Shown here piece after piece: positions 57,961 to 64,000 of a DNA stretch of 64,000 nucleotides (its first letter is position 1; each line of letters starts with the position of its first letter). The DNA is from Octopus vulgaris (lineage: Eukaryota). The notes beneath the pieces are model-generated. The model was not told where the DNA came from. It did not search any database and worked only from the letters and a program-made list of their open reading frames with translations. The translations under genes and the position numbers were made by a program. The stretch is from contig OX597817.1 in the NCBI GenBank assembly GCA_951406725.2, positions 54,498,001 to 54,562,000 on the forward strand, in the 5' to 3' direction.

Positions 57961-60899
57961 AACGCATCTTGGACCCGATATAGGGGATGCAGAAATACAC
58001 ATACCGCAATATGCAGTCATACGCTCAGATAGAAAAGGGAGGAGCCATGGTGGAGTTGCAATGTACATCCGGGATGACCTCACGCCCCAGGTCCTGTTGT
58101 CATATTCAAACTCAGTGTGTGACACTCAAATTGTACGCATAAAACAACTGAATATCGTCATATGCACTACATATCGCCCACCAGATGCCCCAAATCACCC
58201 AGGCATGTTTGAAGACTGCCTAACAAAAATAGAAGAAGTCCTCACCAACCTTGAACAACACAACAATGTATTCTTCATGGGTGACTTTAAACTTCCCCAA
58301 TGTGGAATGGCCTGGGGGTGGGGTGGGGTGGCAGATGCTCTCAGGGATGACACACCATCAGCAGGCACAGGCAGAGTCCCTGCTCCATCTCACAAATGCC
58401 TCTTTCATGGAACTAATAGAATAGTTCTGCAATCAACAAGGGCAGATAGTATACTGGATCTCTGCTTCACAAACAATATGGATATTATCCATAATGTTAA
58501 AGTGATGCCGACAATGATCTCGGATCACAACATAATAGAGCTGTCTATGTATCGACCAAAAGCCCCCGTAGACACACAGCCTATACGAAGCATCCACCAT
58601 CTCTCCAACTTAAACTTTCATAAAGCAAACTGGAAGTTGATTGAGAAAGAGATCCTCAAACAGGATTGGCCTAAGTGTCTCTCCACACCGGACATTAACA
58701 TGAAGCACAAACACTTCATTTCCATAATATAAGCCATATTGGACAAATATGTCCCAGTGTACAGGGCCAGCACACACAAAAACAAAAACAGGATCCCTAG
58801 AGAAAGGAGGATTCTTATGAGACGACGGACAAGGATTGCGAACCGCCTGAGCAAGCACACCAAAAGTGGTGAGAAGTCTCGGCTCGAGAGAATACTAACG
58901 GAAATTGAGAAAAGTCTGCATCAATCCCATGAAAAGGAGAGAGCAGATAAAGAAGTTTGGGTAATAGAAAATATAAAATCAAACCCTAAAGCTTTCTTTA
59001 AGTTTGCCAAAGAGACAGCCACAGTGCACCAGAGAATAGGACCTCTCTTCCAAAAAGATGGCTCTCTTACAGGAAATCCCACGAGGATAAGTGAAATACT
59101 GAACGAACAATTCCAAAGTGTGTTCACTATATCTCTGGGACACCGGCAAGTAAACAACCCAGAAGAATTCTTTGCCACTTTACCTGCGGCCAAAGAGGCA
59201 AAAATTGAGTACATCAACATTGAAGATGATGATATCACACTGGCCATAGATGAGATTGACACAAACTCAGCTGCTGGACCTGATTGATTTCCAGCGATCC
59301 TTCTCAAATCGTGCAAACGAGCCCTTGCAAAACCGCTACCACTTCTTTTTCAGAGCTTCCTTGCAAGTGGTAAGCTCCCAGTCAAATTAAAAGAGGGAGT
59401 GATATGCCCTATCCATAAGGGAGGTAGCAGAGCAGATGCTAAAAATTATAGGCCTATCTCTCTGACCTCACACATCAGCAAAGTCATGGAACGAATAGTC
59501 CCCAAGAAATTAATCATGTTCCTTGAAGAAAATGACTTCCTATCTGACACCCAGCATGGATTTCGACCTGGTAGAAGCTGCCTAACACAGCTCCTGCAAC
59601 ACTATGACTGGGTGTTAAAACAGCTACTAAATGGCTCAAATGTGGATGTAATATATCTCGACTTTGCAAAAGCCTTTGATAAGGTCGACCACGGTATGAT
59701 TTGTCACAAACTGCGTGGTCTCGGCATAGGCGGAAAACCTGGAGAGTGGCTGCACAACTTCCTAAAGACAGAAGACAGGCAGTTGTGAGCAATGGAGCCA
59801 CCTCCAAGGAAACACAAATAACAAGCGGTGTTCCACAGGACACTGTCTTGGGGCCACTGCTGTTCATAATGGCCCTTTCAGACATGCCTTCAGTTGCTAC
59901 GATGGCCACCCTTGCTAGATATGCAGATGACACAAAAGTCTCCCTCACAATACAACACTCTGAAAATATTGCGCATTTTCAACAGGAGTTGGATAAAATA
60001 TACAGGTGGGCGGAGGACAACAACATGCAGTTTAATGCAGGTAAGTTCCAGACCCTGCGCTACCGGCACACAAAGGTAAACGACGTGCAGACTGGATACA
60101 CTGGCCCAGGAAGAATTGCAATCCCTGAGTCAAAATCAGTGTGTGACCTAGGCATTGACATGAGCAATGATGCATCTTTCCAAGTGCATATTACTAATCT
60201 GGTGATAAAATGCAGCTGGATGGATTCTCCGAACTTTCAGAACAAGAGAGAAGGAGACACTGATGGTCCTCTGGAAAACATTCGTCCTCAGCCGCTAGGA
60301 CTACTGCTCCCAACTATGGTCACTACGCAATATAAACCTACAAGCAGAACTCGAAGCAATTCAGAGAAGCTACACAAAGAAGATCGTCTCAATGCAAAAT
60401 ATCAGTTACTGGGAAAGACTGAAAGTATTAAACCTCTTCTCCCTAGAGCGGAGGAGAGAGAGATATGCGGTGATATACATCTGGAAAATCCTGGAGGGTC
60501 TTGTCCCAAACTTTGGCATTCAAAGTTACCCCAACCGCAGAACGGGGCGCCACTGCATGGTGCCAAAGAACCCCAGATCACCATCAAAATACAGGACCAG
60601 ATACTGCAACAGCTTGGGTTTCAGAGGACCACAGCTCTTTACCATCCTCCCTAAATGCCTAAGAGACTGACATGGTGTGGATGTGGGTTTCTTTAAAACT
60701 AAACTGGATCTCTTCTTGTCGGGAGTCCCAGATGAACCTACCTCACGACAGGAGACGCAGATGCGGGCAGCAGCATCGAACTCCCTTGTTGATCAAGTGC
60801 CACGTATCAGAGGTGGATTCACATATTAGTGTGGCTCATTCAGCGGTGGTACCCAGCATGGCCGCGGCCTTCGGGCTAAAACATTTTAAAGGATTTTAC
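57961..60899 (+). mobile_element. CR1-group LINE, near-complete ORF2 (APE + RT) with frameshifts and stops, intact 3' tail
   Basis: RSDRKGRSHGGVAMYI, YRPP, MGDF, ILDLCFTN, SDH; YLDFAKAFDKVDH, YADDTK, LERRRERY. Confidence 0.95.
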
Positions 60900-60945
60900 G
60901 GATATATATATATACATATATGCATATATATATATATATATATAT

Positions 60946-61200
<255 letters not shown>

Positions 61201-61227
61201 TGCATATATATTTTTTTATATATATAT

Positions 61228-61446
61228 ATTTCTTTACTACCCACAAGGGGCTAAACACAGAAAGAACAAACAAGGACAGACAAACGGATTAAGTCGATTA
61301 CATCGATGCCAGTGCGTAACTGGTACTTAATTTATCGACCCCGAAAGGATGAAAGGCAAAGTCGACCTCGGCGGAATTTGAACTCAGAACGGAGCGGCAG
61401 ACGAAATACGGCTACGCATTTCGCCCGGCGTGCTAACGTTTCTGCC
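61228..61446 (-). mobile_element. SINE family B
   Basis: Reverse complement of 31151-31360. Confidence 0.9.
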
Positions 61447-61569
61447 ATATATATATATGTACGTATACCGTAAATTCATAATTCAAATAAGAAAATGTAG
61501 GAACAAATTCAAACCCTATCTTACTTTGCACTATATGTATGTATATATATGTGTGCGTGTGTTTATGTT

Positions 61570-61771
61570 TGTGTGTCTGTGTTTGTTACCCCAACATCGA
61601 TTGACAACCGGTGCTGGTATGTTTACATCCCCGTAACGTAGCGGTTCGGCAAAAGAGACCTTTAGAATAAGCACTATGCTTACAAAGAATAAGTCCTGGA
61701 GTCGATTTGCTCGACTAAAAGCAGTGCTTCAGCATGGCCACTGTCAAATGACTGAAACAAGTAAAAGAAAA

Positions 61772-61772
<1 letters not shown>
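61570..61772 (+). mobile_element. SINE family A 3' half
   Basis: Homologous to 5728-5947. Confidence 0.85.
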
Positions 61773-61831
<59 letters not shown>

Positions 61832-61834
61832 ATA

Positions 61835-62045
61835 TTCTTCTTATTTCCTTTTATACTTCTACTTTCCATCATTTTCCAAAATAATTCCTTATATTGAACT
61901 CTACTATTTCCATCTATTTAACCATCTCACATCATCTCTGATAAAGGGATACCCATAATGTAGCAGAAACAACTGTAAGACTAACTTTCAGTTTGTAAAT
62001 GTCCTGAAAATTCCACACAGCCTTGGCATTGTTGTCTCATTTTAT
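61835..62045 (+). mobile_element. Microsatellite-embedded short element with decayed hammerhead at 61934-61980
   Basis: TCT-CTGATAA-..-GAAACAACTGTA-AGA; homologue at 32235-32470(-) retains CTGATGA. Confidence 0.65.
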
Positions 62046-62123
62046 TTAACACACACACACACACACACGCACACACACACACACACACACACACGTACAC
62101 ACACACACAGATACACATAAGTA

Positions 62124-62570
62124 TATAGAGTAATCCCTCGATTATCGCGTGTGGTATGTTCCAAACCACCCCCGATATAGGAGAAGATCCGCGAAGTAGA
62201 GACAGTACTGTACTGTATATATATTTTTATCATTTTTATAATTTGTATATATTTATTTTATTATAAATGCAAAACAACACCCCACACTGCCTCCCGAGTT
62301 TCGTTTTCCATACAGTATGTGCGATTCTTTGTTTTCTCCTTCACAGTACACTTACGTATTTTCTTTTAATATATTTTAATTAATGTGTGATACAGTGCAG
62401 TACTGTACTCTATTTTTATTAATTTATTAATTTTTAGGCGTGAAAATGCTTGTTTTACCGCAGAAATAGTTAAAATTTTAAAAGAATATAAATACCTATC
62501 GGCCGCAGAGATCCGCGATATATGGGGAGTCCGCGATATAAATTTACATATATTAGCCAGAAAAATCCAA
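62124..62570. mobile_element. Possible pogo/Tigger-type non-autonomous element, one end only
   Basis: AGTAATCCCTCGATTATCGCG terminus-like motif and repeated ATCCGCGA subterminal motifs. Confidence 0.45.
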
Positions 62571-62578
62571 AACATGTA

Positions 62579-63203
62579 CCGAGTGTTATATAAATCAAAC
62601 GTCCAGTCGACATCATGGTGTTTCGAGTGATCACTAGTGCGGTTGACGTTTTGCTACCTTTCATCTTCCCACACGGCCTCACACTCAACATGGAGGCTTA
62701 CATGTAGTGCCTGGAGGAGGTAGTGCTGCCCTGGGTGAAGTGGATGGCTGCTGGAAAACCATATGTCTAGCAACAGAACTTTGCACCATGCACACAAGCA
62801 GGAGAACCCACTCATGGCTGTCAGACAATTTCTGCGACCACATCATGCCTAACATCTGGCCACCTAACTTTCAAGACTGCAACGCCCTTGATTATTATGT
62901 GCGTGGCGCAGTTGGCCAATAGACCAACAAAACTCCTTGTAATACCAAAAATGAACTGAAGGCAAGGATTATGGCAACATCTACCAACTTAAACAGGGAG
63001 ACCGCCTAGAAGAATTGCAGGAGACTTCGAAGTCGTCTGGAGGTCATCGCTAAAGCCAGTGGCGATTTTATTGAATAAATTTACTCTTTAGTATTTCAAG
63101 ATATCTTTTATGTAATTTTGGTAAATATATCTTTTAAAATGAAATGTCAGTATTATTTTCATTTTTGCATAATTTAGACGACAATTTATTCACCGCACTC
63201 TCT
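62579..63203 (+). pseudogene. Decayed Tc1/mariner transposase 3' part
   Basis: IMVF.VITS, QQNFAP, IWPPNFQDCNALDYYV, GDFIE* motifs. Confidence 0.75.
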
Positions 63204-63516
63204 GCATTCACTACCACCATGCACAGATATGAGCGCTGACACAAAAATAGTGTATACGTATGTACTTTTTATGTGCATGCATTTATGAATATATGTAAAA
63301 ATACCTGCGTAAATGCATACATACACACATATACACTCGCGCGGACACACGCATATATAATCCATTTAACGTTCTCTTATCCATTCTTACAAGTATCACA
63401 TGTGGTTTAGTGGAGCGGATTATCTACGGACGGATGCCTTTCCTATCGCCAACTCTCACCTAATTCCAAGAAAGGTAATGTTTCCCCACACCAAGCATAC
63501 ATGCATAAATACATGT

Positions 63517-63609
<93 letters not shown>

Positions 63610-64000
63610 CATATATACATATAAATATATATATATATATTTATATATGTATATATATATGTATGTATGTTTAAGTGTGTGTGTGTATATATATATATAT
63701 AGAAAGAGAGAGAGAAAGAGGGAAAGAGAGAGACGGAGAGACAGAGACAGAGTGAGACACAGAGGTAGAGAGAGAAAGAAACGGAGTGAGGAAGCTAGTG
63801 GTAGAGAAACTGTCATATGCAGACATGTACGGATATGAATGTGTTTATATACATATGTGTGTGTGTATGCATTTTCTTACACACATTGACACACACACAG
63901 ATACATTCACAAACACACTGGCACACACACATACACACGCACACATGAGTGTGCGTCAATCTATAAAGATCTACGCTGGATTGTGTGGTCCGGGTGTGCG

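Overview
AT-rich eukaryotic DNA saturated with microsatellites ((TA)n, (CA)n, (TATG)n, (TATC)n, (CTAC)n, (AAT)n, CT and GAA tracts). Almost all listed ORFs are translations of these repeats. The SINE and microsatellite content suggests an octopod cephalopod (inference). Recognisable content: four tRNA-derived SINE families, CR1-group LINE copies, a decayed R4/Dong-type LINE in (TAA)n, Tc1/mariner relics and MITEs, and a Penelope-like (PLE) RT relic. The most notable structures are (1) a ~3 kb near-perfect head-to-head palindrome of a PLE GIY-YIG 3' end inserted in a SINE's internal (TA)n, (2) several families of short microsatellite-embedded elements carrying minimal hammerhead ribozymes, including a 327-bp tRNA-promoter + (AAT)n + hammerhead unit bounded by an 8-bp duplication, and (3) candidate phase-compatible exons of an unrecognised minus-strand gene (~33.4 kb to ~21 kb). 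Coordinates of decayed repeats are approximate and all alignments were done by eye.
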